Shown here one piece after another: positions 1 to 12,298 of a stretch of 64,000 nt of DNA (position 1 is the stretch's first letter; each line of letters starts with the position of its first letter). Position numbers and translations under genes: made by a program. Source of the stretch: Psammoneis japonica (lineage: Eukaryota); NCBI GenBank assembly GCA_008632985.1, contig QPGO01000084.1, forward strand, positions 1 to 64,000, written 5' to 3'. The notes beneath the pieces were generated by a model that did no database searches, had not been told where the DNA came from, and worked only from the letters and a program-made list of their open reading frames with translations.

Positions 1-1014
1 CCTGCTTCTTCTCTTGCAGTTTTGTAAGATTTGCACAGGCGCTCCACAATTTGGCACAATCCACTGATGTGACCCTCTCTGGATGCGTGCACTCCTGCAC
101 AGAATGCCCTCATTCCCAGCACATTTTGGTGAAATGCCAAGTCTCCGCTCACCAGAGGTGGGCAACATCCCTCCGCGAAAGGCCAGGGGACATCTGCACT
201 GGCATTGTGTTTGTCAAGACAAACCACGTCCAACCTGGTGTCTTCTCTTGTGGTTGCAGAATCTGCTCTGACAGGCGGCAGAGCACACATGACATGTGGG
301 AAGCGGCGCTCCATGTCATTTTTTTGGCAAGCCACCACGATTGCGCCAGGGATTTGCATCGCAAGGTGAGCCGGTGTCTCCACTTCAAAGTCAACCAAGT
401 CCAGTGTCAAAGTCACTTTGTCCATGTGTGTGTCGCAACGGATTCTGTTCTCTTGCACCCACCCCTTCAAACAAGGTTGCAAGCTGCACCTGCGCCGCGA
501 CACAACAATTGAATGCCCGAGAGTTGACGCACATTCTGCTTTTGTCCAGTTTTTTGTGCAAGCTGGATGTCTGGAATTCTCCCGCCCCAACATGGTCTGT
601 TTGCAAGTGTTGCGCTGGCCTTGCAATGCAATGTTGCCTCACCAAAGCATGTCTGGGATCGCCCAAGTCGCGTCTCTGCATTTGCAACATGTTGTCTTGC
701 TCCACTGTTTCTTGCAAAGCATTTGGCACATGTGGCCCAAACAGTTTGTGAACCCCATCCATTCTCAATGTCATTTTGCAGCTGAGGCAGGAAAACATGC
801 ATTCCAGGATGCCCTTTGTTGATGCAACGCATCCAAGGCCACCCACTGTGTTGTGCTGTTTGCAATTGGAGCACAACATGTTTGATGTCAGCCCCATGCA
901 TTTTTTGTTGTTGTTTGCTGATGCACAGATGGGGGGCTGTGATGGGCACAGCTGCTGCGTTGGGCAGTTTTCTGCACAGTCACCAAATCTCAAAATTTCA
1001 CAAGTTTGGCAATG

Positions 1015-1218
1015 GGCCGTGCACTCTCTCTCTTGAAATTTTTGGCATTTTGTTAAATGAAATGATCAAAGATTGTGTCTTTTGTGTGTCTCGTGCTCTT
1101 GAAAGAGATGACGAAATTTCAACGTTCTTTAGAAATGCTGTGGCAAGTGGGGCAACAGGCCGTGCATTCTTTCTCTTGAATTTTTTGTCATTTTGTTAAA
1201 TGAAATGATCAAAGATTG
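1015..1218 (+). repeat. ~60-bp imperfect direct repeat (1015-1075, 1158-1218)
   Basis: ggccgtgca..ctcttgaa..ttttg.cattttgttaaatgaaatgatcaaagattg occurs twice. Confidence 0.85.
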
Positions 1219-1250
1219 CATCTTTTGCACAACTTTTCCAGCAAAAAAAC

Positions 1251-1669
1251 CAGTGTTGACCAATTGCCAGGATCGGCTGCAATCATCCTCACTTTGGTTG
1301 CAATCGCAATTGCAAACTTGATTGCAATGACCTGATTGTCGGGAAAGAGCCGAGGTCACAATCACAGCCAACTGCTGCAATCGATTGCAATCAAAATTTG
1401 AGCTCTTTTTAAGCTGAAATCAGCAAAATGGCTCGATTTCTTTGCCTGCAGCAGGCTTTTCTCTTGCGCAGAGTGCGCTCTTGCGCAGAGAGTGCACCTG
1501 CATGGGGGGCACACCTGGCCGGCGGGGCGACTGCAACCACAATTGCAATCTGTTTGTCAGGCCGTGCAATCACTGTGCAGCTGCAATTGGCCAATTGCTG
1601 TTCCACAGCGATGCAATCGACTGATTGCAATCTGATTGCTGCAGAAAACTTTGCAGTTGGTCAACCCTG
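1251..1669. mobile_element. Non-autonomous hAT-like MITE (419 bp) with 8-bp target-site duplication
   Basis: TIRs cagtgttgaccaattgc and gcagttggtcaaccctg (15/17 match). Identical AAAAAAAC flanks at 1243-1250 and 1670-1677. Internal TTGCAATC/GATTGCAA repeats. Paralogous empty site at ~2879-2920. Confidence 0.85.
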
Positions 1670-1955
1670 AAAAAAACATTGATGAGAAATGGCAACTTTG
1701 CATTTTTCAACAGCTGTGAATTTGGCAACTTTCATTTGCCGGGTCACATTGCACCTCCCTGCTCCATGTTGTTGATTGGAAATGGCGGCATCTGTGCTGG
1801 TCTGTGTGGCCATCTCCACTTTGTGCAGATCCATTTCAGCTGCCTTGTGCACTGTGAATCTCTGTGTGATGTCATTGACTGTGTGCAATGCAGCTGAACT
1901 GGCGCAGAAGAAGAGACTTTTCCTGCCAGGTGTGCGGTGCACCAGGCTCAGTCAT

Positions 1956-2820
1956 CAAATGCAAAAACAATTGTGTCTGGGGGCAACTGTGGTCTCAGCA
2001 ACTTTCAAGCACTCAAAATCATTGTGCATTGACACTTTTTGCAGTGCAATGTTGTTGCTGACATGTTGCACCAAATGTAAAAACAATTGTGGCTGGTGGC
2101 AACTTTGGTCTCAGCAACTTTCAAGCACAAAGTCATTGCATTGATGCTTTTTGCACTGCAATGTTGTTGCTGACATGTTGCGCCAAATGCAAAAACAATG
2201 GTGGCTGGGGGCAACTTTGGTCTCAGCAACTTTCAAGCACAAAGTCACTGCATTGACACTTTTTGCACTGCAGCGTTGTTGCTGACATGTTGCGCCAAAT
2301 GCAAAAACAATTGTGGCTGGGGGCAACTTTGGTCTCAGCAACTTTCAAGCACAAAGTCATTGCATTGACACTTTTTGCACTGCAGTGTTGTTGCTGACAT
2401 GTTGCATCAAATGCAAAAACAATTGTCGCTGGGGGCAACTTTGGCCTCAGCAACTTTCAAGCACAAAGCCATTGCATTGACACTTTTTGCACTGCAATGT
2501 TGTTGCTGACATGTTGCACCAAATGCAAAAACAATTGTGGCTGGGGGCAACTTTGGTCTCAGCAACTTTCAAGCACAAAGTTGCTGCATTGACACTTTTT
2601 GCACTGCAATGTTGTTGCTGACATGTTGCGCCAAATGTAAAAACAATTGTGTCCAGGGGCAACCTTGGTCTCAGCAACTTTCAAGCACAAAGTCATTGCA
2701 TTGACACTTTTTGCACTGCAACATTGTTGCTGACATTCAGGAAGACATGTTGCACCAAATGTAAAAACAGTTGTGGCTGGGGCAACTTTGGTCTCAACAA
2801 CTTTCAAGCACAAAGTCATT
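1956..2820 (+). repeat. Tandem repeat, 112-bp unit, ~7.5 copies (partial copies to ~3140)
   Basis: caaatg(c/t)aaaaacaattgtggctgggggcaactttggtctcagcaactttcaagcacaaagtc recurs at 2072, 2184, 2296, 2408, 2520 and 2632. Confidence 0.95.
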
Positions 2821-3354
2821 TTGCAACCTGCTCTGAAATGTCCACACAAGACCAATGTTTGGCACCTGGTCCTGCCACTTTTCCAGCAAAAAAACGTTGG
2901 CAAGAAATGGCAACTTTGCACTTTTCAACAGCTGATCCACTTCAGCTGCCTTGTGCACTGACTCTCTGTGTGATGTCATTGGCTGTGTGTGATGCAGCTG
3001 AGCTGGCAGAAGAAGAGACTTTTCCTGCCAGGTGCACCATGATCAGCCATCAAATGCAAAAACAATTGTGGCTGGGGGCAACTCTGGTCTCAGCAACTTT
3101 CCAGTGCAAAGTCATTGCAAAACAATTGTGGCTGGGGGCAACTTCATTTGGCCAGCCCGCCACTCGCCAAAGCACAAAGCTCTTGCATGGCACAGGTTGC
3201 AGCTTGCAACTTGCAACCGAGAGGCTGGAGAGACTTTTTGTCCTGCAGGTGTTTCAAGAAGTGATGACAAATTGGGTCCACAGCCATTGACCAACCTTGC
3301 TCAGTGACACTGAAGGTGACCTCCTCACACTCAGGTGCGTGCGCACTGCGGTGG

Positions 3355-3545
3355 CTGCTCTCTGCAGCAGCCTCTGCTCTGCTGGTGGAGTGGCAGCCAG
3401 CTGGAGCAGCTGCTCTAGAGCTGGAGCAGCTAGAGCAGCTCTCTGCTCTCTAGAGCGAGAGCACAGCAGCAGAGAGCACAGTGGAGCAGCAGCTGCCACT
3501 CTCTTGGCAGAGAGCAGAGAGCTGCTCCAGCTGCTCTCCACTGCG
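3355..3545. repeat. Low-complexity CAG/CTG/AG tract
   Basis: Runs of gcagag, ctgctc and cagctg; the only TA left is in CTAG. Confidence 0.7.
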
Positions 3546-5513
3546 GCACTGCCGCACGCAGGAGCGAGGCAGTCTTCCCTGACTGCTGCACCGGTGCAAG
3601 AAGAAATCCAGTGTCAAACATCAAAACGCCATCAAGCATCAACTGTGCCATGAGAATCAACTTGTCTTCTGGCAGCAACAACAACAATGCAACGCACCTG
3701 GAGTGTTGACTTAGAGGGAAACAAACGCCAATATCCGAAGAATGTTGTGTTGGTGTCTGTTCATCCAACAACAAGGGAGTGGTGCACTGCAAGAGAACAA
3801 TTGAAGCAACCACTGGTTTTCCGAGGGTTCCATCAGAGGACAGCATCGTGGATGATGAATTGAATCCAGATGAACATCCACCTGACCCTGGCCACCCGAG
3901 CCAACATTTCTCACATGAGAACTCAACCAACGCTCAAAGATGTCAATTTCTGTCGGGCGGGGCCCATTTGTCAACACATTGTCCATGAATGGGAAATGAT
4001 GGGGCATGAAATCAAACTGTGCAATGAAGCACACGAAGAAATGTGCAAGCTGTCGGTTGGTGAACGGTGAAATCTGGCAGAGGTTGCCGTTTTAGATGAG
4101 GATGAAATGGAGGATGGATGCGGACACGTCGAAGAAGACATGCCAACATTTGCATGTCAGGCAATCCGCGCCAAACAAGTTTGCTTTTCCGTGGACACAT
4201 TGATCTGTGAAACTGGCCTTTGTCCGTACTTTCACGACAGTCATTTTCCCGAAATGAGCCACAAAACACGACAGCAATGCCAATGCTGGCATCACCGCTT
4301 GCTGCACGCCGATTCCAAGCATGAAAGCCATCGGCCCAAGCATTGCAAGATGAGGAGGGATGCTCTAAACTTGCATTTGCAGGTGTGTTTTGCAGCAATT
4401 TATTCTTTTGCGGTCATCTTCACAAACAAGCATCCAACTTCATTGGCCATTCCTTTGGTTGCACCAGAATGTCGCAGGAAATGACAACTCTCTGCTCTGG
4501 GCCTGGCAGGTGCAACCCCTTCCCCTGGATTTGATGTCACAAATCCTGCGAGCAGCTGGTTTGGTGTTGGGATGTTGTGGCAGCGATGGTGGCTTTCCCC
4601 AAGCACTTTTTTCACTGTGCCTGGGACGGGCTTGGTTGACCAGAGCAACAGCCCTCGGGTTCACAACCTCGGCCATGGTGGCCATGGTGCAAATGACGGC
4701 ACGTGTTGGAGAGCAAGTGCGTGCCACCGACAGCTCGCTTTGTGCAGTTTTTGGTGCAAAATCCACGACAACGGAAACGCAGTGTTCGCGGCCTCATTGG
4801 TCGGTGTTCGGAATGAGGCAATCGTGTGATGTGATTGGCTGCGAGGTGTGTCCAATCTCATGCAAATGACAATCATTGAAGGGAAAGTTGACGATGTTCG
4901 CGGCCGTCAGTGCCGGCACATTCTACACAAATGATGTCCACTGCTGCTCGTGAGTCGGTGTGTCTTAGACCACATCCTTGAAAGAGACAACGAAATTTTA
5001 ATGTTCTTCATCATGCTGAGGCATGGATTTCCCCTGTTTGGGACACAACTCCAAACACTGTCGCCAAAATGGGGATGATGTTTTGTGCCATTGTACAGAT
5101 TGATGATAAAATTTTTCACACTGTTGCCAAAACAGGCAAGACATTTTGTGCAATTCAATTTTCATTCCTGTGGACATTTGCAATGACATGACATGCAGTC
5201 CATGTGTGTGTGCTCCTCACACCAAAGCACTGTGTCACATTGATGCAACACATTGTTGTGTTTGGGAGACCGGCGGTCCGGACCGGCCCCGGTCCGGACT
5301 GGTGACACAGGGCCCCAAGTGATTTTGTAAAAACAATCCAATTCTTTTACAAGACCTGTGTGAATGATTGCAGTCATTTCACCAGGCTCAGCACGTGACA
5401 GTCATTGCATGCCACGCAGCGCCGGACATCAGGACTCCATCTCAGGGTTCCCTTTCAAGTGGCTTTGCTGCAACCACGCACAAGAAGAGCAACCACAACA
5501 ACAACGTTCCCAG

Positions 5514-8329
5514 ATGCCGAGAGACCCTGTTGTCAATTCCACAGCCACTCTTGGGATGGCTGCAACAATGGGTGCTTCCAATCAGCCCACCTCTGATGCT
5601 TTTGCTTGGCAGTCAAGATTGGTGCGTGCATGGCACGATGACCTGGGCGACAAAAACGACAACACGAAAAAAGCAATGAAGATGCAAGCTTCAATTAAAG
5701 CCTTGTCACACCTGCATTTTGACGATGTGTTTTAATTGAAGTTTTTGTCTGACCCTCCCCCCTGCTTTGATTGAACTGTTCTGGCAGACATGAGAGCCAG
5801 TTCTGTGCAATGTGCGACCACAAGCATGCCTCATTGGGAGACACCAAGCATTTGACTGATGAGCAAAAAGCCTTCATTTGCCTGTTCTGTTGTGCCTTTT
5901 GCCCACAAAAGAAGAGGGGCAGGGCAAACAAGGGAAAGACCAGGCCAGTCTTTGATGCTGAGCTCTTTGAAAGGGTGACAGCCAGCAATCCCTTGACTGA
6001 TGCAGCAGACGTTCCAAATGAGACCAAGTTGCTTGACCAGACAGAAGCTGGCATCAGTGAACCCAACAAGCTGTGCCAGTGGGATGTCGTCAGCCAGGCT
6101 TGTGCATCCCTCAGACGACTCTTTGTTTGTCAGCTTGAAGTGCATGGCAGAGATCCTGCTGTGTTGCTTCGTTGTGAAAATTCCAGCAGCATCAAACATC
6201 TTAAAAGGCTTGTCAAGTCCAGGAAAGCACAAGAGCAACAGAAGTGGATGGATGAGAAGGTGAGTCTCAACTGAAATGTGTTTCGCATGTTTGTTTAAAA
6301 CCGCCAACCTGTGCTGTGTTGTCCACCTCAACCCCGGTCAGGTTTCTGGCAACGTGTCACCCCACCTGGCCCATGAGCGTTTCCCAGAGTTGGAGGAGGG
6401 TTGCTGGGAAGATTTTCTGGGACATTGCCAAATCAAACAGCTGCTTTGAGCAACCGTTTCTTCATGCTACAAACAAAAGCAAGCCATTTCCCGTGGGGAG
6501 TCTCCCCTCAAGGCTGACCTGAGCAATCTTTGCAGCTTCAGCCATCAGGCAAAGAAGGAGGAACAGGCCTGCCTGATGCTCATCATGCAGATGTTCACAG
6601 GCCAAACCAATGGCAAAAGCATGCTGTTTGGCCATGTCACGTGACACAGAGATGTGAGAATGGACTCCATTGGTGCATTGGGTTTTCATCTGCTTGGCGC
6701 GCATCCAAACATGTCTGATTGTTTTGGCTTTACAAAACGTTTTAATTGAACAAACTGTTGCTGCAATCCTTTTGAATGCAGGATGCTTTGAGATCAGCAA
6801 GGAATGGGAGAAGATTGATCTCAAATGGAAGGAAACGTGGTGGAACATCAAGGTCCTTGTGGACTGTGGACGCTCAGAAGGCTGGCACATCCTCTGGAGA
6901 CAGTGCCGATTCACCCAACATGCAGCGCATGTCTCCGTCATCTTACACTGCTTGGTTTGATTGTTTGAAAGAACAGCTTGACCTGCTCATCAACTGCAGT
7001 TTGCACTTTGGACGTGTTGGAGGCACGGTTGAGTTAGAGTTGGAGGAGCTGGAGTCTTGTCTCATCAAAGCTCTTGGAAATTGGGACCCAAGTGTGTTTG
7101 ATGCTCGCTGCTCCACAAAGCTGCCCTCAAAGGTGAGTCAATGCACTTGCGGTGTGGCCTGTTTCACTTTTAATTAAAACTCACATTTTGTTTTAATTGA
7201 ACAATTCCAGGCAATGAGGGTTGCAGCTGGCTTCACAAAGGAGCCTGGAACCTGCTTTGTTTCTCGTGCCCTCTGTCAGCCTTCGATGAGTTGCAGAAGG
7301 AGATCTTTCCTTGGCTGGAAGGCATGGCGGAAGGAGTGACTTGCTGGGAGCACCCCATGGCACATGCCTTTGTTGGACTCTTGAAACAGTTGCGTGTTGT
7401 CATCCTCCAAGATGTGGCGGTGTTGATGCTGCTGGGCCGCACCCATGCCTTGTCTGAGCTTCCTGTTTTCATGTCAGCTGGATTTTTGTCATTTGAGGAT
7501 CAAACGAAGGTTTGCTTGGAAAAGGCACCCCCTTGCCCTGATGCTGGAGAGATCCGTGGGGTGTCAGAGCAGATTCAAAACTTGCACCAGGACAACCAAC
7601 ACAGCCACCAGGAGCTGTTGTCCGCAGTCAATGGGTCCATTGACTGCAACAGAATGATGATGAACAATTTTGCCTTTGCCATTAGAAATTCGCTGTGTGC
7701 AGCTGGAAACAAGCTCAACAATTTGACCCTGGAGTGGTCTCCTCCACTGACTGGGCAGCCATCACACCAGCCAGCAATTGGCGAGTGCTGCATGTCATGC
7801 TGTTTTAATTGAACGTGATTTTAAATGTTGTTTTGAACAAACATTGTTCTGACAAATTTGCGTGTTTAATTGGGGTCATTTGCAGCCACAGGCATGGTGC
7901 CGGCAGCAGGTGCACAGTCTCCCAGCACACAGTCTCCCAGTCCTGGTGTGATTGGCTTTTGACCCCCCAAGTTGAAGGACACAGATTTGGTTCAGATGTT
8001 TTTTTTTGAGGGAAATGCTCCTCCTTTCACTTCTGGCAATGGAGTCAGGCATTTGGAGGAGGACACATCATGGTGTTTGGCATGGGAGGAGAAGGACAAA
8101 AGGACCCTTTGTTGTTGAAAGCAGCTGATGGACATTGATTGTGGACAAAGTGCTGGTTGAGAACTCAGCACACCCTCAAGTTCTGGTCGTTGCCAAGTTG
8201 AATGCTTTTTGTGTCAAAGATTGCAACAAGGCATTGACGACTGCTTTGAAGAAGTTCCCTGAACAACAATGGCACTTTGTCACTCCAGCTGGCAACAGCA
8301 CAAATCAAGGGGAACTGACCAATGTTTAG
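5514..8329 (+). mobile_element. Degenerate Crypton-type tyrosine-recombinase transposon gene (Ndc10-II-like domain plus GCR1_C-like tail), intron-containing
   Basis: Motifs RGESxLKADLSNL, KTNG..LFG..HRD...IGALGFH, HFGRVGG..E...IKALGNWD..DARCSTKLP [intron ~7133-7210] AMRVAAGF, QKEIFPWLE..AFVGLLKQLRVVILQD..HAL.ELPVF, and LEE..W..W near 8070. Multiple stops and frameshifts. Confidence 0.8.
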
Positions 8330-8458
8330 AAGTTAATGTGTGTGTTGAGATTTGCTTGAGAGGCTGGTGACAGAATGGCAGAGTGCATGAAAGATGATCA
8401 CATTTGCTTTCTACGTCGTCCTCTTCTTGCATTTCAAACAAAACCCTTTGGCAACATT

Positions 8459-9730
8459 TTAAACAAAACCAACCACTGGATCAATTGAAACAACACCACT
8501 CTGAACACATTTGAACTCAATGCCAGTGTTGTTTAGAATGTCCGCCACTTTGACACAGATTTTGCCATCTGGCTTGCCTTGCCCATTCCAAATGTTGTCA
8601 TTGAGAATGTTGTGTTTGGCATGAGTGAACCATGTGGCATGTTGTGGGGCAACACCACCTGCAGAGCTTTTCTTTGCAACAAACAACTTGCCCGCCTTGT
8701 CAAATTTGTCATGGTCCTCCTGGCTGAGGGCCTTGGAAACCTTGGATGGGGGGCACTTCTGACACACTGCGATGTGCGCAAACAAGAAGCCCCTCACATT
8801 CTGTGGAATGTTGGGCAGTGCATTGCGGTTTTTCTTCACCTTGCCACCTTCCTCCCACGTGGTCTTGGGCCACTCAATGCTTTCCAGCTTTCTGAAACCA
8901 GCAAGAGCCAGATCTTTCTTGGGGGGCATGTTGAAGGTGCTTGCAGCAGCGCCAGTGGCAGCATTTTTGCTGCCCTTGCCAGCCTTGGCACTGCTTGCAG
9001 CACCAGCGGCAGCATTTTTGCCACCCTTGCCCTTGCCATCCGTGGCAGCATCCTCCTTGGCCTTGAGGCGTGCAGCATTGCAGGCACTCTTCCTTGTGGG
9101 CTCAACGGCAGCACGACAGGGTCTTGTCAGATTCTTTTTTCAGTCAGTCGTTGACTCGCTTCCGTCAAAAGCTGTTGGACATTGGCAATGTGTTTTTGCC
9201 TGTCGATTTGCAGATTGCCAAGTGTCTTTACAAAAACTGGGCTGTGGTTGGCAAAGTTTGGATTGTCAGATGCCTGCGCCGGGATCAGTGGGATGAAATG
9301 CCTCTCTTCCATCTCGCTGCAATTGCACCGCCAGTCTGTCATGGAAGGGAGGGAGACATGTTTGTTGGGTCTCTGGTGTCTGGCAGAACCATGTGGTCAA
9401 TGGCACACTGACCCACACAAGAGGTTGACAACAGCATCTTTTGGTTCTGGTGCATGCCAGGCATCATCAATGAGCTCATGAAAAGCTCCTCAATGATGGG
9501 GTGAGAACCACACAGATTGCTCAGGTGGTGTTTGGCAGCCTTGCTGCAGCAAGGGTGTGGCTGGAATGCCACAGCAATCTCAGCAAGGGTGTTGATGACA
9601 GCCTTTTTGGAAGCAAGGTGTGCCATGGTTCTGAGATCTGTGCAACTGCTTTTTTGATCAAAAATCACACAGAGTTCAGCGCTCTTCTTTTTTGTCCTGC
9701 AGCCCAAAAAATCATCTTTGGCACTGAGCA
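8459..9730 (-). pseudogene. Decayed ORF of unknown function, convergent with the Crypton gene
   Basis: Protein-like frames (MPPKKDLALAGFRKLESIEWPK..., Ala/Lys/Gly-rich linker) with no Tyr, broken by frameshifts. Confidence 0.35.
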
Positions 9731-11129
9731 ATTGTCTCTGCCAGGATCAAAAATGATGCTGGCTTGATTGGCTCACAAACCAAATGGGCCACAATGGGAT
9801 TTGCAATGCAGAAGAATTGAACCTTGCAAGGCCACCATGACCCGACACAAAAGAAAGAGCGAGATGGCCAAGAGCGACGACAAGCACATGAGGTGCAGAA
9901 CAACAGCGCTGCTGGAGAAAGAAACCAACTTGTCATTTGATGGCGCAGCTGTTGATGATGTTGGGTGACTTTGAATCAACAGGGGGACAATGCACAAGCC
10001 AAGATGATCACACAGATGTGTCAAAGGTCAGCGCACGATGTGCTGACGACAATCAAAGCAAAAAAAGATCATGTTGAGGCAGAGGAAAGCTCAGAATTCA
10101 ACAGCATGATGGTCGTCAAGTGAGCTTTCAGGAAAGACAAAGATGTGTGCATGGAACTTGTGCCAGAGTCTGTGGAGCAGAATGTGGTTGATGGTGGCAC
10201 TCTTTTGTTGGATGTGCCCAGCACCATCATTGGCTGAGACCAGTGGGACACGTGCTCGAGCGACCCATTTGCTGACTCTGCGTGCCCCAGTCAAAGCCAG
10301 AGGAAGCAACAAAAGAGCAACATGACCTGTCAGACACACAAGAAGACAGCCACGGCCATGGCAACTGTGCATCTATGAAACAAGTGAGAGGAGTCTCGTG
10401 GACTCGGTCTGCAGATCTGTGGGATGCGGGCCTCTGCTCTCGCCGGCGATAGCCAACGCAGGTCCGTCATTCATCAGCAGGTTTCCTCCCCACTGTCACA
10501 ATAACTCACAACAGCTGCGCACCAAAAAAACGAATTTTCTTTGACACAATGGCAGCACTCAATGGGAGTTGTTGTGTGGTGAGGACGTCATTTCATCAGT
10601 TGTTTAGGTGTTTACTTTTCATCAACAATTGCATCGAAAACGAAGAAAAAAACATCGCACATCATCTGCTCTTTCGACACACGATCGCCTAGTCTTTGCA
10701 CCAAGATCAAGGACCAAGGTCGCTAACTTTGCCCCTTATCGTCCATAGAAGTTGTTGATTGTTGATCATTGTTTATTCTTCGATAAAGTCTCTAAAACTT
10801 AGAAGAAGAAGAGCAAGTTTTTGTCCTCTTTTGCAGCTCGCAAAGCTCATGGTTTCATCACGCCAGAGAACATTGTGCAGAACAAGCATCGCGGTACTGC
10901 TTCTATCCGCGTAGTCACTCAAGGCTTGATGTATTCACCACAAACAATGGCTGGCTCAGCAAGAAGTATACCAAGCTGTTTTTCCGTGCATTTTCAGTGA
11001 GTAGAAGAAAACCCGTTTGCCGAGAAATCTGCGCTACAAACGTCTCGGCTCTACAGCGACACGCCCACTCAAAGTAGAGAAGGAGACGCCATTTACGAGC
11101 GTTCTGGATACAAGCTTCCCTCTGCAAAT

Positions 11130-11530
11130 TGGTATCCCAGTCACATTTCCAAGGCGGAACGTCAATTGGCGGAAACGCTACGAGCCGTGGATGTCGTTGT
11201 CGAAGCGCGGGATGCTCGTGCGGCACAAGCCACGTCTCATCCGCGTGTGGCAGAATGGTGTTCGGGCAAACCTCGTATTGTTTTATTGACCCATGCCGAT
11301 CAAGTGTCTCCGCTGTCCATTAGGTGTCGAGCGGTGGGATGGAGAGGTCAATGCACAAGTAGCCAATCAAGCACAGCAAGCAAAAGATCAACTAACCAAG
11401 GGCGGTAACTACAAGACACCAAACTCGAGTAGTTTGTCGCCGGTTCACTCGGTCTTCTCTGTCAACGCCAAACAGGGACAGGGGATTTTTGCCCTTGCAA
11501 AAGTCACTTACAAGGCGGGCGCTATGTTCA
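11130..11530 (+). pseudogene. RbgA/YlqF-like (DAR) circularly permuted GTPase, N-terminal fragment
   Basis: WYPSHISKAERQLAETLRAVDVVVEARDARA..TSHP...KPRIVLLTHAD, then a frameshift to VFSVNAKQGQG. No G1 motif follows. Confidence 0.8.
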
Positions 11531-12298
11531 GAAACGACGTCAACGACGTGGCCCGAGGAACGACCCTGCGAATCGTCATGGAGGACCAAGATGCAGCGTT
11601 AGTCTTGGCTTAGATGAAAAGCCGTTCAGATTTCAATATTATCCTAGGTTCTGGATAAGGCACAACCCATGCGCTCACATTTTTCCCGAGGACCGCGATC
11701 AATGCAATTCGGAGAGGCGCTACATTGGACTCATCATTTGAAATTTCTCTTCTCATACAACCATCGTGTACCTAATACCATGTTGGCTTTCCTTGAATTA
11801 CCCGAAGCACCTCCGGCGAGAAGGAACTCAAGCGCTCCGTCGCCGTTTGAGGAAAGACGAGCGCGTCCTCATTTCCTTGACGACGAAGCGCCTGTTGATT
11901 CGTAGCGTGTCGGGCAAAAGCACCCCGCGTCACATTAATTCGTGTGACATTGCCAAGGCCAAGGTTCCTGGTGACAGATGGCTCGGAAGTAGAAAGAAGG
12001 AAAGCGTGTGCAAGATTCACATCAAAATGGCGGACTCCGATGCCAAGCACGAGATTGTCTTTTCGCAGCCCGGAGTGTCTATTATGAATGCTACCGAGGA
12101 ACGCGACGACTTTTTGGAGCTTAGGCAGCAACACATGGTGGATGCGCAAGCTAGTTCGCCTGCCAAGGCGTAGTTGGTATTTTCGTGGGAGATCATAAAA
12201 TGTATTCATATTTATAGTAGGATGTCGCTCGTGACTCGTGGAGGATAGCAGAAGCATTGATTTGTGCAGCATGAGATAAGAGAAATATATATCTAGGC

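Larger units (their letters stand above)
1..10370. other. TpA-depleted, TpG/CpA-rich domain I (transposon relics)
   Basis: Only a few dozen TA in ~10 kb by eye, mostly in TTTA/TAAA/CTAG. CpG is also low. ORFs in all frames nearly lack Tyr. TA density recovers over ~10.4-10.9 kb. Confidence 0.9.

Noticed and set aside
149..993. Possible Cys-cluster (KDZ/Zisupton-like) transposase fragment on the minus strand
   Set aside because: Cys/His residues are inflated by the editing and no diagnostic motif could be confirmed.
1956..2820. CRISPR-like array
   Set aside because: These are contiguous tandem units with no unique spacers and no cas genes, in a eukaryotic context.
1..10370. Dense overlapping ORFs in all six frames here and in the other depleted domains, rich in Cys/His/Gln
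   Set aside because: Loss of TpA removes TAA/TAG stops and Tyr codons, so spurious ORFs are expected. They are not called as genes.
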